14,260 nucleotides of DNA, taken from Thermodesulfobacteriota bacterium (lineage in GTDB: Bacteria; Desulfobacterota_D; UBA1144; Nemesobacterales; N074bin48). The notes under the pieces were generated by a model that did no database searches, had not been told where the DNA came from, and worked only from the letters and a program-made list of their open reading frames with translations. The stretch lies in contig JBFFSH010000067.1 of the NCBI GenBank assembly GCA_041572575.1, forward strand, positions 1 through 14,260, given 5' to 3'. Below, in pieces: positions 1 through 7,512 of the stretch. Made by a program: the position numbers and the translations under genes. Position 1 is the first letter of the stretch; each line of letters starts with the position of its first letter.

Positions 1-96
1 CGCTTTACATGCCGGCACTTCCAATACAAACATTTGTATTAGCTTGCTTATCTTACTATTTGATAGTTTTGTATTCTTAAGTAACTTCTTTTGCAT
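1..96 (-). CDS. IS1595-family transposase, N-terminal 32 aa (truncated by the window edge)
   Basis: Manual translation from ATG at 96 gives MQKKLLKNTKLSNSKISKLIQMFVLEVPACKA. This resembles the IS1016-type N-terminus (KL..FVLEVTARAA). Not in the ORF track. Confidence 0.75.
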   Translation of the reverse strand, partial: MQKKLLKNTKLSNSKISKLIQMFVLEVPACKA

Positions 97-136
97 AGTT
101 TCAGCTTAGTATACTTTGCTGTCCTATGCGAGCTCC
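1..136 (-). mobile_element. IS1595-family (IS1016-like) insertion sequence, left end (partial, runs off the window)
   Basis: The minus strand begins GGAGCTCGCATAGGACAGC at 136, resembling the GGGGCT-type ends of IS1016-group elements. A transposase ATG follows 40 bp in. The flank is AT-rich (taaaaataat). Confidence 0.7.
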
Positions 137-146
137 TAAAAATAAT

Positions 147-245
147 ATTCCTTACTATGTATTCCTTATATGTGTAGTCCTTAGTAGGCAAATTTTGCCT
201 GGGTACCCGGGTAAAATTTGCCTGGGTGTCAGGTAAATGCTGCCG
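147..245. repeat. 99-bp structured intergenic element, copy 1 (39-bp conserved core plus three palindromic boxes)
   Basis: Core 147-185 attccttactatgtattccttatatgtgtagtccttagt. Boxes: aggcaaattttgcct (186-200), gggtaaaatttgcct (209-223), aggtaaatgctgccg (231-245). Linker gggtaccc (201-208). Confidence 0.9.
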
Positions 246-280
246 AAGTCCAGCTACTTATTTCTATGAACAAAACACAA

Positions 281-718
281 TCACTCCTCTTTCTTATGAT
301 ATGTAATCTTAATTCCTTTATGAACTGAATGCCTGTCATCGAAATACAGTCTGCTATCATACATCACTGAAACGCTACTATTACCATTCCAGACTATTTC
401 TAATAAATCACTTGCATTTCTAAGGTTGTCTAATTGATCAGTCGCATAAAATGAAAAAATATTTTTATTAGAACAATTTTGCACATAATAAACTCTGCAA
501 ATATCACCTTCATAACTAAGCTCATTGAATGGTGAACAATCAGTTTTAGTAAGAACTACTTTCCACTCCTTATCAGGTGAATAGTACTGTTTCCAAAACT
601 CAGACTCACAGCTTGCTTCCCACATTTTCAAGCCTATAAATGATGCAACCATAGCAAGAATAGGAATAGAAATTATCCCTAGATTTATCTTTGCCCCAGT
701 TTTAAATATATTGCCCAT
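281..718 (-). CDS. hypothetical membrane-anchored/exported protein (145 aa)
   Basis: N-terminal hydrophobic helix (LGIISIPILAMVASFIGL) followed by a soluble domain with C..SPDKEWKVVLTKTDC. The ATG overlaps the end of repeat copy 2. Confidence 0.7.
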   Translation of the reverse strand: MGNIFKTGAKINLGIISIPILAMVASFIGLKMWEASCESEFWKQYYSPDKEWKVVLTKTDCSPFNELSYEGDICRVYYVQNCSNKNIFSFYATDQLDNLRNASDLLEIVWNGNSSVSVMYDSRLYFDDRHSVHKGIKITYHKKEE

Positions 719-815
719 TCCTTACTGTGTATTCCTTATATGTGTAGTCCTTAGTGCGAAGAATCTTCAGGGGTACCTGCGAAGAATCTTCGCACCCCTT
801 GAGAAGATATTTCAC
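717..815. repeat. 99-bp structured intergenic element, copy 2
   Basis: Core 717-755 is identical to 147-185 at 38/39 positions. Boxes: gcgaagaatcttcag (756-770), gcgaagaatcttcgc (779-793), gagaagatatttcac (801-815). Linker gggtacct (771-778). Offsets match copy 1 at +570. Confidence 0.9.
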
Positions 816-1060
816 CACTCTCTTTTTCTTTTCTCTACTAGAGTTATAGCAACAAGAATTTTTTTACCATCGTTGCTAATACGTTCTTCGCAGCTCACTT
901 TATCACCCGGTAAAAACTCCCACTCCTCATCATCCGGATGATAACTATAAGTCTTGTGAAGTATGTAGACACCTGGCTCCACCTCACATGCAGGAACCGG
1001 CCTCCTACAGGGTACACCTTCATTGAGTAATTCTACATATACAGTTAAATATTCGACCAT
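812..1060 (-). CDS. small hypothetical protein (82 aa)
   Basis: ATG preceded by an AGGGA RBS-like sequence. The protein looks globular and beta-rich (VYVELLNEG..RPVPA..DEEWEFLPG), a pattern recalling small accessory hypothetical proteins. The stop lies inside box 3 of repeat copy 2. Confidence 0.75.
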   Translation of the reverse strand: MVEYLTVYVELLNEGVPCRRPVPACEVEPGVYILHKTYSYHPDDEEWEFLPGDKVSCEERISNDGKKILVAITLVEKRKREW

Positions 1061-1077
1061 AACAATATCCCTACTAT

Positions 1078-1086
1078 ATTATATCA
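1078..1086 (-). promoter_or_regulatory. extended -10 promoter (TGnTATAAT) driving the minus-strand small genes
   Basis: The reverse complement of attatatca is TGATATAAT, 17 nt upstream of the ATG at 1060. Confidence 0.5.
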
Positions 1087-1196
1087 TTTATCCATAAAGA
1101 TCATTTTCAACACATTGTCTTAAAAAACCAATATGGTAAGTTGTTTTGTTTAATATTAATCTTATACTAAATAAGATGAGTGGTAAGGATGATATT

Positions 1197-1424
1197 ATGA
1201 TTGATGAAAGAATAGACATAACAAACGAGATTTGCCCGATGACATTTGTAAAGACCAAACTAAAATTGGAAACAATGGGTGCGGGGCAGGTTTTGGAGGT
1301 TACACTTAGAGAAGGCGAGCCTCTTATGAATGTACCAAGAAGCGCAGAAGAAGACGGGCACAAAGTGGTAAGCATAGATAAATCAGAACAGGATTTTTAT
1401 AAAGTAATCATAGAAAAGCATTAA
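1197..1424 (+). CDS. tusA: TusA/SirA-family sulfurtransferase (sulfur carrier), about 75 aa
   Basis: IDITNEICPMTFVKTKLKLE is a CPx motif, with GQVLEV. The ATG at 1197 has a TAAGGA RBS at 1184-1189 and is preferred over the ORF-track TTG at 1146. The stop overlaps the cysM start (TAATG). Confidence 0.85.
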   Translation: MIDERIDITNEICPMTFVKTKLKLETMGAGQVLEVTLREGEPLMNVPRSAEEDGHKVVSIDKSEQDFYKVIIEKH

Positions 1425-2371
1425 TGAGCACATCAGATCAGGCGATTCAATATCCCCCCGAAAACAAGAACGCAGTTCACAATGTAATAGAGCTTATCGG
1501 CAACACTCCGCTTATAAGACTTACAAATTACGAAAAGCAGCTTGCGCCAGGAGTGGAGCTGTATATAAAGGCTGAGTGGTTTAACCCCGGAGGCTCTGTA
1601 AAGGACAGGCCTGCGCTTAAGATGATTGTAGACGGCATAGAGAAGGGAAAACTCACAAAAGACAAGATCATAATGGACTCATCTTCAGGAAACACCGCCA
1701 TTGCCTATGCGATGATAGGTGCAGCTCTTGGATACAAAGTAGAGCTTGTAATACCTGAAAATGTAAACGAAGAAAGAAAGAAAATATTAAAGGCTTTTGG
1801 GGCTGATATAATTTACTCAAACCCGCTCGAAAGCTCTGACGGCGCTATAATGCTAGCAAGAAAATTATTCAAAGAAAATCCCGATAAATATTTCATGCCT
1901 GATCAGTATAATAACCCCTGCAACCCTCAGGCTCATATTGAGACCACGGCTCCCGAAATCTGGAATCAGACAGAAGGCAGGGTTACTCACTTTCTTGCAG
2001 CGATTGGCACAAGCGGCACTATAATGGGGACAGGACAGGGACTTAAAAATATTAGCAAAGATATAAACATTTTGGCTGTAGAGCCCGAGGAATCCCTTCA
2101 CGGACTGGAAGGCATGAAGCACATGGCAACGTCCATAGTGCCTGGGATTTACAGTGAAGCATTTCCTGATGAAATAATAAACGTGAGCACAGAAAATGCA
2201 TATGAAAAGATGAAGGAGCTTCTTGATACAGAAGGAATATTCGTAGGACATTCGGGGGGAGCCGTGATGCATGCAGCATTGCAGCGCGCTAAAACTTTAA
2301 AGACAGGCTGCGTAGTGGCTCTAATGCCCGACAGCGGAACAAGATATTTAAGCGGAGGACTATGGTGGTAA
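1424..2371 (+). CDS. cysM: PLP-dependent cysteine synthase (CysM/CysK family)
   Basis: IGNTPL, KAEWFNPGGSVKDR (PLP lysine), SSSGNT substrate loop, DQYNNP and the GTSGT phosphate loop. Confidence 0.9.
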   Translation: MSTSDQAIQYPPENKNAVHNVIELIGNTPLIRLTNYEKQLAPGVELYIKAEWFNPGGSVKDRPALKMIVDGIEKGKLTKDKIIMDSSSGNTAIAYAMIGAALGYKVELVIPENVNEERKKILKAFGADIIYSNPLESSDGAIMLARKLFKENPDKYFMPDQYNNPCNPQAHIETTAPEIWNQTEGRVTHFLAAIGTSGTIMGTGQGLKNISKDINILAVEPEESLHGLEGMKHMATSIVPGIYSEAFPDEIINVSTENAYEKMKELLDTEGIFVGHSGGAVMHAALQRAKTLKTGCVVALMPDSGTRYLSGGLWW

Positions 2372-2775
2372 CAATAAAAAAAGCTACGTTAGACAAAATA
2401 ATAGAACACTCTGAAAGCGGATTCCCGCATGAGGTTTGCGGAGCATTGATAGGAGATGGCAAGAGCATTACAGAGTTTAAAATCTGTACTAACCTCAATA
2501 CTGAAAGGGCCCATGACCGTTATGAGCTTGACCCCGAATCATTTAATGATGCTGATAAATGGGCAAGGGACAACGGCCTTGAGATCATGGGGATATACCA
2601 TACTCACCCCGACCACCCTTCCCGTCCGTCTGAGTTTGACAGAGAACGCGCCTGGCCGGACTGGTTTTATATCATCCTTTCCATAATGAGCGGAAAGTTC
2701 GATAACTTTAGAACATGGGTTCTGGAAGACTTTGACTCACAGTTTGTTGAATACAAATTAGAGGTTGTAGATTAA
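2362..2775 (+). CDS. JAB/JAMM (MPN+, peptidase M67) metalloprotease, Mec-like carrier-protein peptidase
   Basis: PHEVCG (catalytic Glu) and the YHTHPDHPSRPSEFD (HxHx7Sx2D) JAMM motif. Overlaps the 3' end of cysM. Confidence 0.9.
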   Translation: MVVTIKKATLDKIIEHSESGFPHEVCGALIGDGKSITEFKICTNLNTERAHDRYELDPESFNDADKWARDNGLEIMGIYHTHPDHPSRPSEFDRERAWPDWFYIILSIMSGKFDNFRTWVLEDFDSQFVEYKLEVVD

Positions 2776-2784
2776 CCTAAATAT

Positions 2785-3600
2785 ATGAGCCGGGAACTAA
2801 ACGAAAACCAGATTTACCGCTATAGCAGAAACATCCTTATTCCAGAGATTGGCGGAGAGGGTCAAAAGAAACTCCTAGATGCAAAAGTATTTTGCGTAGG
2901 CGCAGGGGGGCTTGGCTCACCGGCTGCGCTTTATCTTGCAGCTGCCGGAGTTGGCACAATTGGAATTGCAGACTCTGACAATGTGGACATATCCAATCTG
3001 CAAAGGCAGGTAATTCACTCAACAGACGACATTGGCAGGACTAAAACAAGCTCAGCAAAGGAGAGGCTAAACAAGCTAAACCCTGAAATCAATATCATTG
3101 AGCATTCAGAGCTTATTTGTGAGCAAAACATAAGGGATATCATAAAAGACTACGATGTAGTAATCGACGGCTCTGATAATTTTGCTACAAGATATATAGT
3201 AAACGACGGATGTTTTTTTGAAAAAAAGACCCTTATTTCCGGCGCGGTACTGCAGTTTGAAGGACAGGTATCGGTGTTTAAACCCCACCTGGGCGGGCCG
3301 TGCTACAGGTGCCTCTTCGCAGAGATTCCACCACAGGGCGTAATCGCGTCGTGCCAAGAGGCAGGAATAATCGGCGCTGTAGCAGGGATTGTGGGAAGCA
3401 TACAGTCGCTTGAAACTATTAAAGAACTCTTAAATATTGGCCAGAGCCTTGACGGCCGCCTTCTTGTGATAAATACCCTTTCCATGGAAATAGATGAGCT
3501 TAAGATCAAAAAGCTTGGTGGATGTAAGCTTTGTGGAAGTTCACCTTCGATAGATAAAGTAAATGGTCACCCGCAAGGCCCATGCAGTGGTAATTCGTAA
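2785..3600 (+). CDS. moeB: MoeB/ThiF-family E1-like adenylyltransferase (no rhodanese domain)
   Basis: RYSR, GAGGLGS, DSDNVDISNLQRQ, DGSDNFATRY, Zn pairs CYRC and CKLC, and the SCQEAG catalytic-Cys loop. Confidence 0.9.
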   Translation: MSRELNENQIYRYSRNILIPEIGGEGQKKLLDAKVFCVGAGGLGSPAALYLAAAGVGTIGIADSDNVDISNLQRQVIHSTDDIGRTKTSSAKERLNKLNPEINIIEHSELICEQNIRDIIKDYDVVIDGSDNFATRYIVNDGCFFEKKTLISGAVLQFEGQVSVFKPHLGGPCYRCLFAEIPPQGVIASCQEAGIIGAVAGIVGSIQSLETIKELLNIGQSLDGRLLVINTLSMEIDELKIKKLGGCKLCGSSPSIDKVNGHPQGPCSGNS

Positions 3601-3651
3601 CATTTTCCCCGGGTTTATTCTACATTATATAAACATTATACTTTGTTAATC

Positions 3652-3679
3652 TTGACAAAGCCTCGCTGTTTAAGATAAT
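3652..3679 (+). promoter_or_regulatory. putative sigma70 promoter of nuoN
   Basis: TTGACA (3652-3657), 16-bp spacer, GATAAT (3674-3679). Confidence 0.45.
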
Positions 3680-3727
3680 ACTCTGCCAACCCATAGATAA
3701 ACATTTAATTAGCCGGAATTTTTCAAT

Positions 3728-5170
3728 ATGGAAGCACTTTATATAAGTACACTTAACATTCTGCCGGAGCTAAGTCTCATCATAGCCGGACTCATACTGC
3801 TCCTTGCAGGCCCATTTCTTAAAAAAGAAGAAAATGACGCAGGATTTTTCATAACATTAATTGGAATTCTTATAGCTTTTTATTTAAATTTTACAAGATT
3901 TACGACTCCTGCAGAAGCCTTTGCAGGCTCACTTTCTCTTGACAGTTTTACAGCCTATTTTAATTCTATCTTTCTCATAGGTTCTCTAATATCCGTTACA
4001 TTTTCCAGGGATTATCTTAAAACCCACGATCTTAAGGCTAGCGAATTTTATACCCTCATACTGTTTGCTACATCAGGGATGATGTTTTTAGGCTCTGCCA
4101 GAGAGTTTATGAGCCTGTTTCTTAGCTTTGAAATAATGTCTATTTCAGTATATGTGCTAACAGCACTTAACAGGAATTCACTTAAATCAACCGAGGCAGG
4201 TATTAAATATCTCATTCTTGGCGGATTTTCCTCTGCGATCCTTCTTTTTGGAATAGCTTTAGTATATGGAGCCACAGGATCAATAGTCTTTAGCGACATA
4301 TCAGCAGCCTTTGATTATGGAAACCCAATGCTTATAGTCGGCGTTGGACTCATATTTATAGGATTTTTATTCAAGATAGGCGCTTTTCCTCTGCACCAGT
4401 GGGTACCGGATATATATGAAGGCGCTCCTGTAACAGTTACTGGGTTTATGTCTGTAGGGGTAAAGGCTGCGGCTTTTGCCGTACTGCTCAGGGTATTTCT
4501 TGAAGCATTTCCAACATTTGAGGCAAACTGGCTAATGGCCCTTTGGGTTGTTGCTGTGTTTACCATGACAATTGGAAACGTATCAGCCCTTATGCAGAAC
4601 AATCTAAAACGCCTGCTTGCTTTTTCTAGTATTGCTCATGCGGGCTATGCAATCATTGGCATAGCGTCTATGATAGGTAACAGGGAATATGCATTTGCAA
4701 GCGTAAACTACTACCTTTTAGCATATATGTTTATGAACCTGGGCGCTTTTGGTATTCTTGCTTATCTATCCAAAAAAGACAGTGAGTGTGAGACATTTGA
4801 TCAGATAGCAGGGCTCTGGGATAAAAAGCCTGCCATAGCCACGGCGCTTACGATCTTTATGGTATCTCTTGCGGGTATTCCGCCATTTCTTGGATTTTTT
4901 GCAAAATACAAGATTTTTCTCTCAGCCATTGAAGCAGATCTCATCTGGCTTGCTGTAATAGGAATAATAAACAGTGTTATATCTGCCTATTATTACCTAA
5001 AAGTAATAGTCTATATGTATATGAAAGAAAACAAGTTTGACTTCCCTCAGCTAAAAATAGCATCTTCGGTGGCCATTGTGCTGCTAAGCCTTATAAATGT
5101 GTTTCTTGGTATTTTCCCCCTACACACCTGGGATTTAGCCCTAAAAGCCGCAAATTCCATCCCATTTTAG
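3728..5170 (+). CDS. nuoN: NADH-quinone oxidoreductase subunit N
   Basis: Polytopic 480-aa protein with EAGIKYLILG, FKIGAFPLHQWVPDIYEGAP, KRLLAFSSIAHAGY and SLAGIPPFLGFFAK antiporter-like motifs. Confidence 0.93.
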   Translation: MEALYISTLNILPELSLIIAGLILLLAGPFLKKEENDAGFFITLIGILIAFYLNFTRFTTPAEAFAGSLSLDSFTAYFNSIFLIGSLISVTFSRDYLKTHDLKASEFYTLILFATSGMMFLGSAREFMSLFLSFEIMSISVYVLTALNRNSLKSTEAGIKYLILGGFSSAILLFGIALVYGATGSIVFSDISAAFDYGNPMLIVGVGLIFIGFLFKIGAFPLHQWVPDIYEGAPVTVTGFMSVGVKAAAFAVLLRVFLEAFPTFEANWLMALWVVAVFTMTIGNVSALMQNNLKRLLAFSSIAHAGYAIIGIASMIGNREYAFASVNYYLLAYMFMNLGAFGILAYLSKKDSECETFDQIAGLWDKKPAIATALTIFMVSLAGIPPFLGFFAKYKIFLSAIEADLIWLAVIGIINSVISAYYYLKVIVYMYMKENKFDFPQLKIASSVAIVLLSLINVFLGIFPLHTWDLALKAANSIPF

Positions 5171-5280
5171 GTAATAACTTAATAAATAACATTATTTATT
5201 ATTTACAACTTGCCTAAATTGTTATAAATTATATATTTACCAATTCAAAAATACAATTTAAGGAATTACTTTAAGACAAG

Positions 5281-7512
5281 ATGGGTGTAAAAATTAAAGA
5301 ACCGGAATATAAATATTTCATATTGAGGGAAATATTTGCCTCTATTTTCTTAACCCTTGGTTTGTTCTCAGTAATCAGCCTGTTTTTATACACTTCAGGC
5401 TCGGGGGCCGACCTCAAAAGCTCAGTGGGTACGGTTGGGCTTTATATATCCAACAAGCTTGGAATCTACTTTGGTCTATCTTCTTTCATTTTCCCAATAA
5501 TAATGATCTATACAAGCTTTGTAGTGTTTAAGAACAAGGATATGCCTCAGCTTTTGAGAAAAGCGATTTCAGGTGGGGTATTTTTAATTGCACTAACAAC
5601 TTTTATAGGACTTGCAAACAGCTCTTCAGAGCTTTTGGGATTTTCTCCTGCTGGGGGATTATTGGGAGCTAAGCTGTCTTCACTTCTAAGGGACCACCTG
5701 GCTGGCACTATCGGTTCTTACCTCATTGTAACTTTATCTTTAATCATAAGTTTAATAGTTCTGATTAATCTAAGCGTAAAAGACCTGTTTAGTTTTATTG
5801 AAAATACATCAGCATTTATAATGAATCTACTATCTATAACAAGCAAAAATGTATACAGCATGGTTCACTCAAGCATAACCAGCAGAGAAACCTCAAAACC
5901 CGTGCTTTTCGATGATTCAACACCTATAGAAAAGGTACTTAATCTGGATGAAATAACATATAAAGAGCCTGTTATAGAACCTGTTAAAGAAAGTATATTT
6001 CCACAGATCGTAATTGATAGAAATACAACTGAACCTAAAAATTCTGTTTATATTCCAGAGAGCAGATCAGATATTGATTTTAAGCTGCCCGAAGCGGATC
6101 TTTTGGATATTAAAGAAATTTCCAATATAGAAATTGATAAAGAGCTTATATACCAAAACTCCAAACTTATTGAAGAAAAACTAAAAGATTTTGGAGTAAT
6201 AGGAAAAGTAACCGAAGTTAGACCAGGGCCAGTTATTACAATGTTCGAATACAAACCGGCTCCCGGAATTAAGATAAACAAGATCGCTTCCCTTTCAAAT
6301 GACCTCGCAATGGGACTTAGCGCAAGAAGCATAAGAATAATAGCCCCTATTCCCGGAAAGAATGTAATAGGGATTGAGGTTCCAAATCATATAAGAGAAG
6401 AAGTAACGATAAGAGAACTTATAGATGACACACAATTTATAAATGATGAATCATCTCTAACTCTTGCACTTGGAAAAGATATTGCCGGACATCCGCTCTT
6501 TATGGACCTAAGAAAGGCTCCACACTTAATGATTGCAGGAACTACGGGTTCGGGAAAGAGTGTTTTTCTTCATACTGTAATTACTAGCATGCTGTATAAA
6601 TCTACACCAAAGGATCTTAAATTTATTATGATCGACCCAAAGATGCTTGAGCTCTCGGTATATGAAGACCTGCCTCATCTGCTACATCCGGTCGTAAAAA
6701 ACCCAAAGGAAGCCGTTGCTGCACTTAAGTGGGCAGTAAGAGAAATGGAAGTAAGGTACAAACTTCTATCAGAAGAAGGCGCAAGAGATATACAGACGTA
6801 CAATAAAAAGATCGAGGCATATGCCGATACAGAGGACGCCCCTGCTCCTCTTCCCTATCTGGTAATAATAATAGACGAGCTTGCCGATCTAATGATGATA
6901 GCCCCCAGTGATATAAAAGAATCAATCACAAGACTCTCACAGATGGCAAGAGCAGCAGGTATTCATCTTATTGTAGCAACACAAAGACCTTCAGCAGATG
7001 TTGTTGCAGGACTTATCAAGGCAAACTTTCCGGCAAGAGTGTCGTTTTTGGTTTCATCCAAAATTGATTCCAGGATCATACTCGATGCCCATGGTGCAGA
7101 ACAGCTCCTTGGAAAAGGTGATATGCTGTTCCTGGAGCCTGGCACATCTAATCTTATAAGGGTACAGGGAGCTTTTATCTCAGAGAGTGAGAGCGACAGG
7201 GTATCTGAATTCCTTAAATCTCAGGCAACCCCTGAATATAATCAGGAAATCACAAAGCTTCAGGAAATGTCAGATGATGAAAACCTTGATGATGAAAAAG
7301 ATGAGCTTTATCTCGAAGCACTGAAAATCATTAGCGAAACTGGTCAGGCATCGATTTCCATGTTACAAAGAAGACTAAAAATTGGTTATAACAGAGCAGC
7401 ACGAATTGTAGAAATAATGGAAAAAGAGGGTTTTATAGGACAGCAGGAATCGGCTGGCAAACCAAGAGAAGTATATATCGATTCAAATTCAATTAAGGAG
7501 CTATCATATTGA
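5281..7512 (+). CDS. ftsK: DNA translocase FtsK
   Basis: N-terminal TM domain, alpha domain (GPVITMFE), Walker A GTTGSGKS, IIIDELADLMM, ARAAGIHLIVATQRPS and a gamma domain (SISMLQRRLKIGYNRAARI). Confidence 0.96.
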   Translation: MGVKIKEPEYKYFILREIFASIFLTLGLFSVISLFLYTSGSGADLKSSVGTVGLYISNKLGIYFGLSSFIFPIIMIYTSFVVFKNKDMPQLLRKAISGGVFLIALTTFIGLANSSSELLGFSPAGGLLGAKLSSLLRDHLAGTIGSYLIVTLSLIISLIVLINLSVKDLFSFIENTSAFIMNLLSITSKNVYSMVHSSITSRETSKPVLFDDSTPIEKVLNLDEITYKEPVIEPVKESIFPQIVIDRNTTEPKNSVYIPESRSDIDFKLPEADLLDIKEISNIEIDKELIYQNSKLIEEKLKDFGVIGKVTEVRPGPVITMFEYKPAPGIKINKIASLSNDLAMGLSARSIRIIAPIPGKNVIGIEVPNHIREEVTIRELIDDTQFINDESSLTLALGKDIAGHPLFMDLRKAPHLMIAGTTGSGKSVFLHTVITSMLYKSTPKDLKFIMIDPKMLELSVYEDLPHLLHPVVKNPKEAVAALKWAVREMEVRYKLLSEEGARDIQTYNKKIEAYADTEDAPAPLPYLVIIIDELADLMMIAPSDIKESITRLSQMARAAGIHLIVATQRPSADVVAGLIKANFPARVSFLVSSKIDSRIILDAHGAEQLLGKGDMLFLEPGTSNLIRVQGAFISESESDRVSEFLKSQATPEYNQEITKLQEMSDDENLDDEKDELYLEALKIISETGQASISMLQRRLKIGYNRAARIVEIMEKEGFIGQQESAGKPREVYIDSNSIKELSY

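Noticed and set aside
147..815. CRISPR array or canonical integron attC sites
   Set aside because: There are only two copies, 570 bp apart, with a whole gene between them. No cas or intI gene is present, and there are no RYYYAAC/GTTRRRY ends.
1146..1196. N-terminal extension of TusA from the TTG at 1146
   Set aside because: The RBS and typical family length favour the ATG at 1197.
711..1375. ORFs 711..941 (+) and 1088..1375 (-)
   Set aside because: They are shadow frames overlapping the repeat, the 82-aa gene or tusA on the opposite strand, with no motifs.
2362..3600. E1 + JAB pair as an anti-phage ubiquitin-like system (CBASS Cap2/Cap3, Bil)
   Set aside because: There is no E2 or CD-NTase. 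The E1 is a canonical MoeB and the pair is translationally coupled to cysM and tusA, which indicates sulfur metabolism.
5166..5218. AT-rich inverted repeat after nuoN (aataaataa-ca-ttatttatt) as a terminator
   Set aside because: The stem is almost all A/T with no GC-rich stem plus U-tract. It could be an operator or a chance match, so it was not called.
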